Shown here piece after piece: positions 10,445 to 19,837 of a stretch of 64,000 nt of DNA; the first letter of the stretch is position 1; every line of letters starts with the position of its first letter. The notes under the pieces are model-generated. The model had not been told where the DNA came from, did no database searches, and saw only the letters and a program-made list of their open reading frames with translations. Source of the stretch: an uncultured Myxococcales bacterium. Lineage in GTDB: Bacteria > Myxococcota > Kuafuiibacteriia > Kuafuiibacteriales > Kuafuiibacteriaceae. A program made the translations under genes and the position numbers. The DNA lies in contig CAYYOT010000013.1 of NCBI GenBank assembly GCA_964473255.1, positions 21,075 through 85,074 on the forward strand, read 5' to 3'.

Positions 10445-11622
10445 CAGTCGAGCTCCCAGTCGAGGCCGCCTGGCGCCGACCACTCTTTTGTCCAGCGGCG
10501 GAAGACATCGCTCGCGGCAGCCGAGGACTCCGGCTCGGGTTCGCCGAGGGCCGTGTCGAAAGCGGTTTGTACCTCGGTCAGAACCCGGGCTTGCAGGTCA
10601 TCCGCCGCGGCACGCGTGAGCCACCCGCGAGCCTCGAGGGTGCTGCGGAACCGATTCACCGGGTCCCAAAGCTGCCAGGCCTCGAGCAGTTCGCGGGGGA
10701 CATACTTGAAGTCGTCGTGCTCCGAGTGTCCGCGCATTCGCATCGTTCGACACTCGAGGAGCGTCGGACCCTCGCCCGCTCGGCCGCGGTCGAGCGCAGC
10801 CTCCACGGCACGGAGAACCTTCACGACGTCCGTGCCATCGAGGGCTTGGCCCGCCATCCCGTACCCTGCCGCCCGGACCGCGAGCGATTCGCCCGGGTAT
10901 TGAAGCGTCGTGGGCGTCGAGTAGGCGTACTGATTGTTCACGATCACGAACACCACCGGGAGGCGATGGAGCGCCGAAAAATTGAGCGTCTCGTGAAAGT
11001 CGCCGAGCGACGTCGAGCCATCGCCGACGGTCGTCACCACGGCTGTCGACCGCCCCTGCTGGCGCTCCGCCAAGGCGATCCCGGCCGCGACCGGCAGCAT
11101 GTGGGCCAAGTGAGAGATCATCCCCACGATCCCCGAACCTTCACGTCCGAGATGAAGCCCGCTGTCCCGACCGCGGGTCTGCGACGTGTCCCGCTTCAGG
11201 TACTGCCGCGCGACCTCCAGAGGACCGCGTCCGCGAACGAGTTGCGCGCCCAGGTCGCGATGCGTCGGCACCAAAACGTCGTGGCTCGCCATCGGCCAGC
11301 TCATGCCCACGCTCGTGGCCTCGTTTCCGATGCCGGTGTAGCAGCCGCCCACGATACGCCCCTGACGGTAGAGCTCGACGGTTCGGGTCTCCATGGTTCG
11401 CGCCCGCAGCAGTGCTTCCAGGAGGGACATCGCCTCCGGCGGTTCGACGAATCGACATCCCTCCCCGACCGGGGGGACCTCGGCCGGGGGTGCGGTCGGG
11501 GCGGGGGGGAGCGTCGGCGTCGACACGGATGGACTGAGCAGCACCCCCGCAGCGTCGTCAACAGCAGCGTGACGCCTGGGGCCGGGCCTCGATCGAACGA
11601 GGGTCGAGCGTCGGATGAACAT
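10444..11622 (-). CDS. 2-oxoacid dehydrogenase E1 alpha subunit
   Basis: TPP motif GDG..NN (GDGSTSLGDFHETLNF..VIVNNQYA), HRDLG, RMRGHSEHDD. Start codon uncertain and may lie further downstream. Confidence 0.9.
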   Translation of the reverse strand: MFIRRSTLVRSRPGPRRHAAVDDAAGVLLSPSVSTPTLPPAPTAPPAEVPPVGEGCRFVEPPEAMSLLEALLRARTMETRTVELYRQGRIVGGCYTGIGNEATSVGMSWPMASHDVLVPTHRDLGAQLVRGRGPLEVARQYLKRDTSQTRGRDSGLHLGREGSGIVGMISHLAHMLPVAAGIALAERQQGRSTAVVTTVGDGSTSLGDFHETLNFSALHRLPVVFVIVNNQYAYSTPTTLQYPGESLAVRAAGYGMAGQALDGTDVVKVLRAVEAALDRGRAGEGPTLLECRTMRMRGHSEHDDFKYVPRELLEAWQLWDPVNRFRSTLEARGWLTRAAADDLQARVLTEVQTAFDTALGEPEPESSAAASDVFRRWTKEWSAPGGLDWELD

Positions 11623-11675
11623 CCGAGGTGGCGGCAGGCTTGTGTCAGCAGCGCCGCGGACATAGACGCGAGGCC

Positions 11676-12926
11676 GTGGCGGACGACGAAGGCATTCGCA
11701 TGCCCCGGCTCGGCGAGAGCATCGTCGAGGCGACGTTGACCCGCTGGCGGGTCGCCGAAGGAGACCACGTCGAGGCCGGCGAGGTCGTGGCTGAAGTCGA
11801 GACCGATAAAGCCACCAACGACATCCCGGCCCCGCGATCCGGGCGGGTAGGAAGCCTCTTGGTGGCGGAGGGCGCCACGGTGGACGTCGGGGTCCTCATC
11901 CTCTCGTACGCCGATGCCCCCCGACCCGAAGCGATCAGCCCCGAACCCACCGCCACCTCGCGCTCGGTAACGGCCGGCGCGTCCCGCGAATCGCGCCTCG
12001 CTCCGCGTCCCGTCGGGGCCGACGGCACGCCCCGACCGACCTCGCCCGCGGTCCGACGAGCGGCGCGCTTGCACGGGGTCGATCTGGCCGAGGTCGCTGG
12101 GACGGGCCGGAGGGGTCGGATCACTCGCGACGACCTTGGTCGAGCCCTCGGCTCACCCGACCAGTCCGCGCCCGCATCCCCCGCGAGAACACCGGAGAAC
12201 CCGGCCGACGAGGTTCTGCAGCTATCCGGCCGTCGAAAGCGGATCGCCGACAATCTTGCCCGGGCTCAGCGCGAGACCGTCGGCGTCTTCGCCCTCACGG
12301 AGATCGACCTGGCTCGGGTGGACCGGGCCCGCGCTCTGTACCGCGACCAGGGCGTTCGCCTGTCCTATGTTCCCTTCCTCCTGCAAGCGATCCTCCGCGC
12401 ACTCGATGTGCACCCCGAGATGAACGCGACCCTGCTCGGCGCGACGCTGACCCGGCATCAAGACCGAAACGTCGGCGTCGCCGTGGACACCGAGGACGGT
12501 TTGATCGTCCCCGTCGTGAAGCGAGCCGACCGTCTGTCTCTGACCGGTTTGGCCGATGAAGTCCGACAGCTGGCCGAGCGGGCTCGGCGGCGGGCATTGC
12601 GCGCCGAGGATCTCGACGGTGGAACGTTCACCCTCAGCAATCCTGGACGCGACGGCAATCTGGTCGGCGTCTCGATCCTGCGCGCCCCGGAGGTCGGCAT
12701 CCTCCGCACCGGCGCCGTGGTCCGCCGACCCGTCGTGCGGGTCGTTGATGACGAGGAACACATCGTCATTCGACCGGTCATGATGGCCGCTCTCACGTAC
12801 GACCACCGCGCGATCGACGGTCGAACCGGAAACCGGTTCCTCACCGCCATTCGAAGTGTCCTGGAGCACTGGGAGCCGGAAAACCTCTCCGGTCGCCCCT
12901 TTGCCCCCGGGGAGAATCACTACTAA
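11676..12926 (+). CDS. Dihydrolipoamide acyltransferase E2 (one lipoyl domain)
   Basis: Lipoyl site ETDKA, E1/E3-binding domain SPAVRRAARLHGVDL..GTGRRGRIT, catalytic DHRAIDG. GTG start with GAGG upstream. Confidence 0.92.
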   Translation: MADDEGIRMPRLGESIVEATLTRWRVAEGDHVEAGEVVAEVETDKATNDIPAPRSGRVGSLLVAEGATVDVGVLILSYADAPRPEAISPEPTATSRSVTAGASRESRLAPRPVGADGTPRPTSPAVRRAARLHGVDLAEVAGTGRRGRITRDDLGRALGSPDQSAPASPARTPENPADEVLQLSGRRKRIADNLARAQRETVGVFALTEIDLARVDRARALYRDQGVRLSYVPFLLQAILRALDVHPEMNATLLGATLTRHQDRNVGVAVDTEDGLIVPVVKRADRLSLTGLADEVRQLAERARRRALRAEDLDGGTFTLSNPGRDGNLVGVSILRAPEVGILRTGAVVRRPVVRVVDDEEHIVIRPVMMAALTYDHRAIDGRTGNRFLTAIRSVLEHWEPENLSGRPFAPGENHY

Positions 12927-12937
12927 GGTTCGCCAAG

Positions 12938-14464
12938 GTGACGAGCAAGGCCACACTGAAGCTGGCGCAAGAGCTTCTGGACCGCTTTTACCGAGACGCC
13001 GAGGGTCGGACCAACCGCCAGCTGGATGTCTATTTCACGCTGGAGGATATGGGTGTCGGGCGAGACCGAGCCGATCCCGCGCTCGAGTATCTCGCGAGCC
13101 GGGGCCTGCTGAACACGTTCGGTCCCGACATCGCGTTCCTGACCGACGACGGAATCGCGGTCTCAGCCGAGGACCGCGATCTGGGAGCGATCCCCCGCGT
13201 GATGAAGGACTTCCAGCAAGTCCCGACCGCCGACCCGGCGCCGTCGGAAGCGGTGACCGCAGACCCGGAGCCCCCACCGACGCTCGAGCGGCCTGCCCAT
13301 CCCCAGCTGACGTTCGTGCACGCCGACGGCTCGGAGCTCCAAGTGCCGCTGCAGTGGGTCTGCACGCTCGGACGCACCGACGACAACGACATCCACCTCG
13401 ACGACAAGCGCGCCTCCAAGCACCACGCCGAAGTCCGTTTCGAAGGCGAGCAGTACGTCCTGCACGACCTCGAATCGGCGAACGGCACGCTCTTGAACGG
13501 CGAATATGTCCTCGAGCCGTCCCCGCTGCGCCACGAAGACGAGATCGTCATCGGACGAACCTTGCTGCTGTTCCAGGCTCCGGAGCGCATCGAAGCCCCC
13601 CGCGGGAACCCACCTGACCCATCGTCGGCGCCTTCGGCGGGTACGCCGCCGCCGAACATCGGGTACGCGGATCCCAGCGAGCGAACCGACACTCCGATCC
13701 CGCCCACCGTTCCGGTCCTGCCCGGCCAGCCGGCCGAACCGGTCTCTCCGGCGGAGCTCTTTGCCGAGGATGCCCAGCGAACCGAGCGTGCGCTCGAAGA
13801 CCCGGAACTGCCCGAAGCGATCCTGGAGGAGCCGGGGATCGAACCGCCGGTCGACGACGTGGATGAGCTGGAGCTTCTGGAACCCGACGCGGTCGTGCCG
13901 CTGGATGGGCCCATCCCCGCCGACGAGCCGACCCAGGAGTCCCCTCCGAAGGATCTCCCCCCCGCCGCCATGATCGAGCCCCTCGGTCTCGAGCCGCCCA
14001 CCTTCGAGGAAGTCGCCGAGTCCCCCCTCGAGGGGGAGGCGGGAGAGCTCGACGATGCGGCGACCATCATGACGTCGCGGGCGGCGATCTTCGGCGAGCC
14101 GGAGGCCGCGGCGCCGAGCGCTCCCGAGATCAGTCCGGAGGCCTTCCCTGAGCCCTCGCTCGACCTGAGTCCACCGGTGAGCCCGCCGCTCGACGCCGAT
14201 GACCGGGTGGCGGTCGATCCTCGTGCCGACCCCACGGCCGACCCGACGGCCGACCCGATGGGAGAGCCCGGTGAAGTCGAGCCGGAGACCGACCCCGGCC
14301 TGGAGCCAGCCCTGATCACGCTGCTCGGCCACCTGCGCGAGCGGCTGGCGACGACGTCGCTCCCCGAGCGCGATGCCCTGCTCCAGGCCGTGGACCAGAT
14401 CCACGGAAACCCTATGATCCACCAGCTCGCGCGGGCCATGGAAGAAGACCTCGACAACGTCTAG
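12938..14464 (+). CDS. FHA-domain protein with N-terminal winged-helix-like region and long acidic Pro-rich linker
   Basis: FHA motif LGRTDDNDIHLDDKRASKHHA..DLESANGTLLNG. The N-terminal LEYLASRGLL..FLTDDG pattern resembles a wHTH wing. Confidence 0.8.
   Translation: MTSKATLKLAQELLDRFYRDAEGRTNRQLDVYFTLEDMGVGRDRADPALEYLASRGLLNTFGPDIAFLTDDGIAVSAEDRDLGAIPRVMKDFQQVPTADPAPSEAVTADPEPPPTLERPAHPQLTFVHADGSELQVPLQWVCTLGRTDDNDIHLDDKRASKHHAEVRFEGEQYVLHDLESANGTLLNGEYVLEPSPLRHEDEIVIGRTLLLFQAPERIEAPRGNPPDPSSAPSAGTPPPNIGYADPSERTDTPIPPTVPVLPGQPAEPVSPAELFAEDAQRTERALEDPELPEAILEEPGIEPPVDDVDELELLEPDAVVPLDGPIPADEPTQESPPKDLPPAAMIEPLGLEPPTFEEVAESPLEGEAGELDDAATIMTSRAAIFGEPEAAAPSAPEISPEAFPEPSLDLSPPVSPPLDADDRVAVDPRADPTADPTADPMGEPGEVEPETDPGLEPALITLLGHLRERLATTSLPERDALLQAVDQIHGNPMIHQLARAMEEDLDNV
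14225..14260 (+). repeat. In-frame 12-nt tandem repeat x3 (ADPT-ADPT-ADPM)
   Basis: gccgaccccacg gccgacccgacg gccgacccgatg inside the FHA gene. Confidence 0.8.
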
Positions 14465-14495
14465 GTCGACGCGCCGAATCACCCGCATTCAAGGG

Positions 14496-14524
14496 TTGCC
14501 TACCCGGCTTCCGTCCGGTAACGC
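14496..14524 (+). promoter_or_regulatory. Candidate sigma70-type promoter of rpsD
   Basis: TTGCCT-N17-TAACGC ending 9 nt before the ATG. Confidence 0.4.
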
Positions 14525-14533
14525 CAGGCGCCC

Positions 14534-15154
14534 ATGTCGCGATACACGGGTCCACGGCTGCGGATTGCGCGGCGTCTCGGCTCGGCCGAGCTGCCCGGCC
14601 TCTTCGTTCCCCGAGAACTTCGGCGTCCCTATCCGCCCGGACAGCACGGGCCGACCCAGCGGATCAAGCTCTCGGACTACGCCATTCGTCTGCGGGAAAA
14701 GCAGAAGCTGCGCCACCATTACGGCGTCGGCGAAAAGCAGTTCCGTCGCTACATGGTGAAGGCGAAGCACAAGAAGGGAAACACGGGTGAAAACCTCCTT
14801 TCCATGCTCGAGAGCCGACTCGACAACGTGGTCTTTCGTTTGGGCTTCACCCGCACGAACCGCGCAGCTCGACAGCTCGTCGGTCACGGTCACATCACCG
14901 TGAACGGCCAGAAGGTCGACATCGCCTCGTATCAGGTTGGCGTGGGCGACGTAGTCGGCGTGCGGGAAAGCAGCAAGATGCGGGAACGCGTGGCCGCCGA
15001 GCTCGCCGGTCCCGTAAGCCTGCCCGTACCCGAGTACCTCGAGCGGGAAGATACCGCGCTCCGCGGCACGATGAAGAGCACGCCGGTCACCGGCGACTGC
15101 CCGCTCAACATCAACGAAGCGCTCGTCGTCGAGCTCTACGCGCTGTCCCTGTAG
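14534..15154 (+). CDS. rpsD: 30S ribosomal protein S4 (zinc-free form, stand-alone)
   Basis: MSRYTGPRLRIARRLG, PGQHG, SDYAIRLREKQK, LESRLDNVVFRLGF, ARQLVGHGHI; no N-terminal Cys ligands. Confidence 0.96.
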   Translation: MSRYTGPRLRIARRLGSAELPGLFVPRELRRPYPPGQHGPTQRIKLSDYAIRLREKQKLRHHYGVGEKQFRRYMVKAKHKKGNTGENLLSMLESRLDNVVFRLGFTRTNRAARQLVGHGHITVNGQKVDIASYQVGVGDVVGVRESSKMRERVAAELAGPVSLPVPEYLEREDTALRGTMKSTPVTGDCPLNINEALVVELYALSL

Positions 15155-15192
15155 GTTTCCTACCCCGGCCCTGAGGGCGTCCTCGGGGCATC

Positions 15193-16656
15193 CTAAGCCC
15201 GCTTACGCAGCGCCCTAACGTCCGGAAGCCCGCTTCCGGGAGTGGGCACCTCCAGCAAGTGGAGGACGCCGGCCAGCGTCTCTTCCTCGCTGATCCCGGT
15301 TCGCGACGTGTCGACCACGCCCGAGGGATCCTCGGGATCGAACGCGTACAGGCGCGCCGTCGACGGGTTGATGTCGCCGAGGACCCGGCCGCCGTTGGCC
15401 AAAGGCGAGATGATGACGTTGCCACCTTCGAGGTCGTGAGCCGTGCCGTAGATGTGAGCGTTGTCCGGCCGCTCGGCCTCGCGCCCGAACTCGCTGGGCA
15501 TGAAGAGCACGGTGCGGTCCCAGAGGGTGCCCGGCCCGTCCGGCTCGGTCTTCAGTAGCTCGATCAGCTGATGGGCAACCCTGAGCACGCGGTTCCACAT
15601 GACGGCCTGATACGGCCGGTGAACGCCGTGGGAGGCGTCGAACGCCGAGTTCGGGTTGATGGTCCGGCCGTCGATTCGGAGGACCTGCGGCGCCGGTGAG
15701 ATCGCGACCGAGACCGAGAGACGGTGCTTCAGGAGCAGAAACGCGAGAGCGGCCTGCGCTTCGAAGGGGTCCGTGGCCAGTCGGGGAAAGGCGGCCTGCA
15801 GACGCGCCAGGTCGTCGGTCTGCGGGAGCCCAAAGCTGTCGAAGGGCCGCTCGTCCGTGGTGGGGTTGAGGTTCAGCTTTCGGATCGCCGACGCCGACTC
15901 CAGAAGCGATGCACGCTGACGATGCTGCCCCCATAGGTTGACGAGGTCCTCCTGCTGATTGGCGGCCAAGAACTCGCTCTCGGCTTCCACGAGGCCCTCG
16001 CGGAGCGCGCGCATCAGCTGAACGTCGGCCGGCGCCCAGGCGCGGGACAAGCCCTCGTAGCCGCTCAGGGCGAGCGGGAACATCCACGGGTCGGGCACGG
16101 AGATCGCTTTGGCCCAGCTGGGCAAGGACACGTCGTATCCATGCTCGGCGAAGCCGCTGACGGCCATGTTGACATTGGCCAAAGGAAACGACTCGCCGTG
16201 GTGGGCGGCGACCGCCTCCATGATTGTCCGGCCGAGGTAGGCTCGATCGCCGTTCAACACCCGCTGCTGCGCGACTGGGTGATTCACGCTCGACGCCCGA
16301 TGCGTATAGACGAGCATCTCACTTTGGTGCGCCCGCACGAAGTCCGGCTGGAAGCTCGGCTCCAAGGCCCCGGCGGTGTGGTCCTCCGGTATGTCGAGAG
16401 CGCGGAACGGTCCGATGTCCTGCACCCAGGCGTCGGGGAAGCAGTTGATGCCGGGCGCGTTCCGCCCCGCTTCCGACTCCCGGATGCCGAGAAAAGAGTC
16501 CTGGAGCGCGTACCCGCCGAGTCCGGCCACGGTCAGGAGGAGCGGCGGACGGTCGACGTTGCTGCGGGCAAGGCGCGGCCGCAGCTGCGAGAGTCCCGCG
16601 GTCGCGGCGCCCAGCTTGAGGGAATCGGCGAGCAGTTTACGTCGAGTGAAGCTCAC
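15193..16656 (-). CDS. Tat-exported protein of unknown function (DUF1501/DUF1552-like, sulfatase/alkaline-phosphatase-like C-terminus)
   Basis: Twin-arginine signal SFTRRKLL; C-terminal LWDRTVLFMPSEFGR..TAHD..GGRVLG pattern typical of DUF1501-like proteins. Confidence 0.7.
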   Translation of the reverse strand: MSFTRRKLLADSLKLGAATAGLSQLRPRLARSNVDRPPLLLTVAGLGGYALQDSFLGIRESEAGRNAPGINCFPDAWVQDIGPFRALDIPEDHTAGALEPSFQPDFVRAHQSEMLVYTHRASSVNHPVAQQRVLNGDRAYLGRTIMEAVAAHHGESFPLANVNMAVSGFAEHGYDVSLPSWAKAISVPDPWMFPLALSGYEGLSRAWAPADVQLMRALREGLVEAESEFLAANQQEDLVNLWGQHRQRASLLESASAIRKLNLNPTTDERPFDSFGLPQTDDLARLQAAFPRLATDPFEAQAALAFLLLKHRLSVSVAISPAPQVLRIDGRTINPNSAFDASHGVHRPYQAVMWNRVLRVAHQLIELLKTEPDGPGTLWDRTVLFMPSEFGREAERPDNAHIYGTAHDLEGGNVIISPLANGGRVLGDINPSTARLYAFDPEDPSGVVDTSRTGISEEETLAGVLHLLEVPTPGSGLPDVRALRKRA

Positions 16657-16668
16657 GCGCAGTCCTCC

Positions 16669-17424
16669 TCAGTACACCACGAACTCGGTCGACGACAGCA
16701 CGGCCGCACACAGGATCCGCGCCCAGCGTCGACCGGAGTCCTCTCCGGTGGCCGCCACCGTCAAGACGTTGTCTCGCCACTCCTGGCGCTCGGTCTCCGT
16801 CGGCTCGCGGAGCAGCGCTCGCTTGTACAGCGTGTCGATGGCGAGACCCACGGCGTCGCTCTCGGCGTCCAGCGCGCCGTCGCCGTCGACCTGAAGTCCG
16901 GTCAGCCACGCCGCTTCCGCGGGCGCGGCCAGGTCGCGGTCGACGCGCTCGGCGCACGCGGTCAGCACGACGCGCTCCCACGCGAGGGGCGCGGGAAGCG
17001 GCGGTTCCTTCGCCATCTCGTAGACGTTCGTGAGGTACGGTTTGGCGCCGCCGAGAGCCACGCGGTGTACGTCGCCAGCGCAGTCGAAGCGGTCGAGCTC
17101 ATTGCAGACTTCGGAAGCCTCCAAGCCCAAGACCCGCTGCAGCTCGAGCTTGAGCTGGTCGTACCGCTTGAACCGGAGCTTTCCGCCGACCGTCTTGAGC
17201 GGAACGTCTGGCCGATCCGCAACGGCGGCGTCCGGAGCCTGGGCATCGGGGGCGCTGACCGCGGCGTCGGCCGCACGTGCATCGGGCTGGCGGGTCGCCG
17301 TTTCGGCGTCGGGCCGGGACTCGACGCCCGCATCCGCGGCCCCTCGTCGGCCTTCGCCGCCCGGACTCGAGCAGGCCGCGCAAAGACACAGCCCGCCGGC
17401 CAGGAGTATGCGCTCAACGACCAC
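16669..17424 (-). CDS. Uncharacterised lipoprotein
   Basis: Lipobox-like LCAAC, low-complexity AADA linker, helical C-terminal domain (LYKRALLREPT..CAAVLSSTEFVVY); co-oriented between its two neighbours. Confidence 0.7.
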   Translation of the reverse strand: MVVERILLAGGLCLCAACSSPGGEGRRGAADAGVESRPDAETATRQPDARAADAAVSAPDAQAPDAAVADRPDVPLKTVGGKLRFKRYDQLKLELQRVLGLEASEVCNELDRFDCAGDVHRVALGGAKPYLTNVYEMAKEPPLPAPLAWERVVLTACAERVDRDLAAPAEAAWLTGLQVDGDGALDAESDAVGLAIDTLYKRALLREPTETERQEWRDNVLTVAATGEDSGRRWARILCAAVLSSTEFVVY

Positions 17425-18814
17425 CGTAAGCCTCCGTATCGATCAGCCCGTGAAGCATACGCTCGACGTCGTAGTCGTACTGGGTCATCAGCCCCAGCCA
17501 CAGCGTCTCGTACTCTTCGCGCTCCCCGGCCTGCGGCTCGCGACCGAAGACCAGCGTCCAGTAGTCGTTGACGACGTTCTGGGCGAAGAACTCGCTGTTG
17601 GCCGCGACCTGAGCCCACTCCTGGAGCGTGTCCACCGTTTGGCCCAGGATCTCGCCCGTGTGGGGCATCTCGTGCATCCGCGGCGTCACGCCGTTGAAGA
17701 AGGAAACGACCCGGTCGTCGTCGAAGGATCCCGGGTCCCCGGTGAGCCCGTGGTAGCGGGTGAACGGGTACGACAGCGGGTCCAGAGTGGAGTGGCAGAA
17801 GGCGCAGTCGGGTGCGGTCACGCCTTTGGCATCATAGTCCTGAGGCTCGCTCGCCACCGGGCGAAGGCCCTGAAGCCGCGCGATGTCGAGGCCCAAAAAC
17901 TCTCGGTAGGCGGCGGCCGCCGCCGTGCGGGGCAGCGGTGAGAACATGATGGTCTGCTGGAGGTTCCAGAGCGTCGTCAGCATGCCCGCCCGGTGCTCCT
18001 TGGGCATGCGGTACGCGATGTTCGACCCCTCTTCGGACAGGACGGCGTAGATGGACTGTCCGCCCTCCTGAAAGGTCCCGACTTCGTACTGCGCGGTCAG
18101 GATCTCCCGTACGTCGTGTCCATCGGTGTTCCCGTAGACGAAAAGTCCATAGTCCCAGGCTGTCTCCAGCATGTCGTTGATGGGACGCACCTTGGAGTTG
18201 GCCAGCTGCCAGACACGCCCGTCGATGCCGCGCCAGAACTCCGTATCCAGGCACTCATCGAGAACTTGGTGCAGTTCTTCGCGCTGCTCTTCGGCAGGCA
18301 GATTCTTGAATGCTTCGTGCGCTTCGAAGGACGGCGAGGCCCCGCAGAAGTCGAGGTGAACGCGGCGATGCGCGAGCACCGCGTCGTATCCGCAGCGGCC
18401 GTCGCCGCAGTTCTCGACGTCCGGCTTGGATGTGGCCAAAGCCGGGTCGGTCCCGAGGACGAGCTCGTCGGCCGACGTGAAGCCGTCGCCGTCGGGATCT
18501 ACGAGCAGTGCGGCCCGAAAGGCGGCACCGAACCAGCGCTGAAACGCCGCCTCGGAGACCTCTGGGCTCAGCGCGCGGAGTTCCGACTGGACCGAGCCGC
18601 CGAACAGGTTCAGCGGCGGCGGGTCCCCGTCGTGGCAGAGCGCACAGTCGGGCGGACCGGAGTCGCACACCGCGACCTCCGGCGTCGTCTGGCAGACGAG
18701 CAGCGGCGCGACCGGCCGGGCGATGGCCGGTCGGGTTCCCATCGCCCCGGTGGCCATCGCCGCCACGAAGACGGCGACACGGGCGACGAAACCAAGCTCC
18801 GTGATGCGGCGCAA
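17414..18814 (-). CDS. Exported protein with two CxxCH heme-binding motifs (DUF1585/DUF1588/DUF1549-like)
   Basis: Signal peptide, CALCH and CAFCH, TSP3-like DPDGDGFTSADELVLGTDP, C-terminal FAQNVVNDYWTLVFGREP; TTG start. Confidence 0.7.
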   Translation of the reverse strand: MRRITELGFVARVAVFVAAMATGAMGTRPAIARPVAPLLVCQTTPEVAVCDSGPPDCALCHDGDPPPLNLFGGSVQSELRALSPEVSEAAFQRWFGAAFRAALLVDPDGDGFTSADELVLGTDPALATSKPDVENCGDGRCGYDAVLAHRRVHLDFCGASPSFEAHEAFKNLPAEEQREELHQVLDECLDTEFWRGIDGRVWQLANSKVRPINDMLETAWDYGLFVYGNTDGHDVREILTAQYEVGTFQEGGQSIYAVLSEEGSNIAYRMPKEHRAGMLTTLWNLQQTIMFSPLPRTAAAAAYREFLGLDIARLQGLRPVASEPQDYDAKGVTAPDCAFCHSTLDPLSYPFTRYHGLTGDPGSFDDDRVVSFFNGVTPRMHEMPHTGEILGQTVDTLQEWAQVAANSEFFAQNVVNDYWTLVFGREPQAGEREEYETLWLGLMTQYDYDVERMLHGLIDTEAYGGR

Positions 18815-18907
18815 AGCTCCGCGGAGCCTAGCGCACGGGCTCCCATCTGAAAAATGCTCAAGGGTTCCCTGGCCGTCCGTTTAACCAGACGGATTTCGCA
18901 CTTACCC

Positions 18908-19837
18908 TCATGATACGACCCGCGAAAGCGGTCTCGGCGCGGATTCCGTCCAAGCCGGTTCGACATCGCGCGTGGCTCGGTCGAACGAGGCACAGTCGAG
19001 CTCGAGGCCCAGCCAAGTTCCGAGCCTGGCCAGATCGGGGTCGAACCGAGCCGCGAGGTGTGCGCGGTCCGCAGCAGACAGCACGGGTCGTTTCCGCATG
19101 GTGAAGAGCTGGCGAATCCTTGTCCGGACGGACTTGGGCACGAGAGTGCGACGAAGCGCCGTGGCGATGGGCCCCTCGGTGAGGAGGTCGAGGGCGCGAC
19201 TGCGGCGAATGCGCTCCGCCCCTTGGTTCTGGCGCTCGATCTCCTGCCAGACGGGCGCCTGCGTCGAACCCAAGAAGCGACAGACTCGCTCCAACTCGGC
19301 CTGCGGGTGGGCGGCGAGCTTCGCCGTGAAGATGGGCAATACTCGCTCCGGACCGAAGCGCTCGAGCCACGGCTCGAGCTGCATGGCATAGAAGCCATAG
19401 TCGACCAGCGGCGAGTGGGTCGAGATTGCCTCCCGAATCGAACCCCGAACGTCGCGCTCACTCCAAGCGTGAACGTAGTGCGACAGAAGCCGCTGGATGG
19501 GGTCGCGCATCACGTAGATGAGCCGAAGGTCGGTCCCGAGATGCGCCGTCAGCCGCTCGATGGTGTGGGGATGCGTCGGAAGCTTCGTGTAGTGCGTGGA
19601 CGACTCGCCGCGGAGTGCTCCCGGGGGTGCCGCCGCGAAGAGCTGGCGATACCATTCGATGCCCCGAGCGTAGATATCGTCGTCGCTGAAGAAGTTCGGC
19701 TCCTTGGGCTCGGACATGAAAAAGCCGGACTGCAAGGCGAGCTGCGTATGCAGCGTCGACGTCGCCGACTTCATCGCCCCGATGATGATGAAGTCGGGGC
19801 CGTGGGGTCGACCGCCATTTTTGTGGGGCTCGGTCAT
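18908..19837 (-). CDS. Sulfotransferase family protein
   Basis: 5'-PSB motif IIGAMKSATSTL, KEPNFF, GESSTHY, 3'-PB motif RDPIQRLLSHY. Confidence 0.92.
   Translation of the reverse strand: MTEPHKNGGRPHGPDFIIIGAMKSATSTLHTQLALQSGFFMSEPKEPNFFSDDDIYARGIEWYRQLFAAAPPGALRGESSTHYTKLPTHPHTIERLTAHLGTDLRLIYVMRDPIQRLLSHYVHAWSERDVRGSIREAISTHSPLVDYGFYAMQLEPWLERFGPERVLPIFTAKLAAHPQAELERVCRFLGSTQAPVWQEIERQNQGAERIRRSRALDLLTEGPIATALRRTLVPKSVRTRIRQLFTMRKRPVLSAADRAHLAARFDPDLARLGTWLGLELDCASFDRATRDVEPAWTESAPRPLSRVVS

Noticed and set aside
14465-14533. Zur box upstream of the zinc-free rpsD
   Set aside because: No AT-rich inverted repeat resembling known Zur sites.
15160-15190. Bidirectional terminator between rpsD and the convergent Tat gene (CCCCG..CGGGG)
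   Set aside because: Stem is interrupted and lacks a U-tract; too weak to call.
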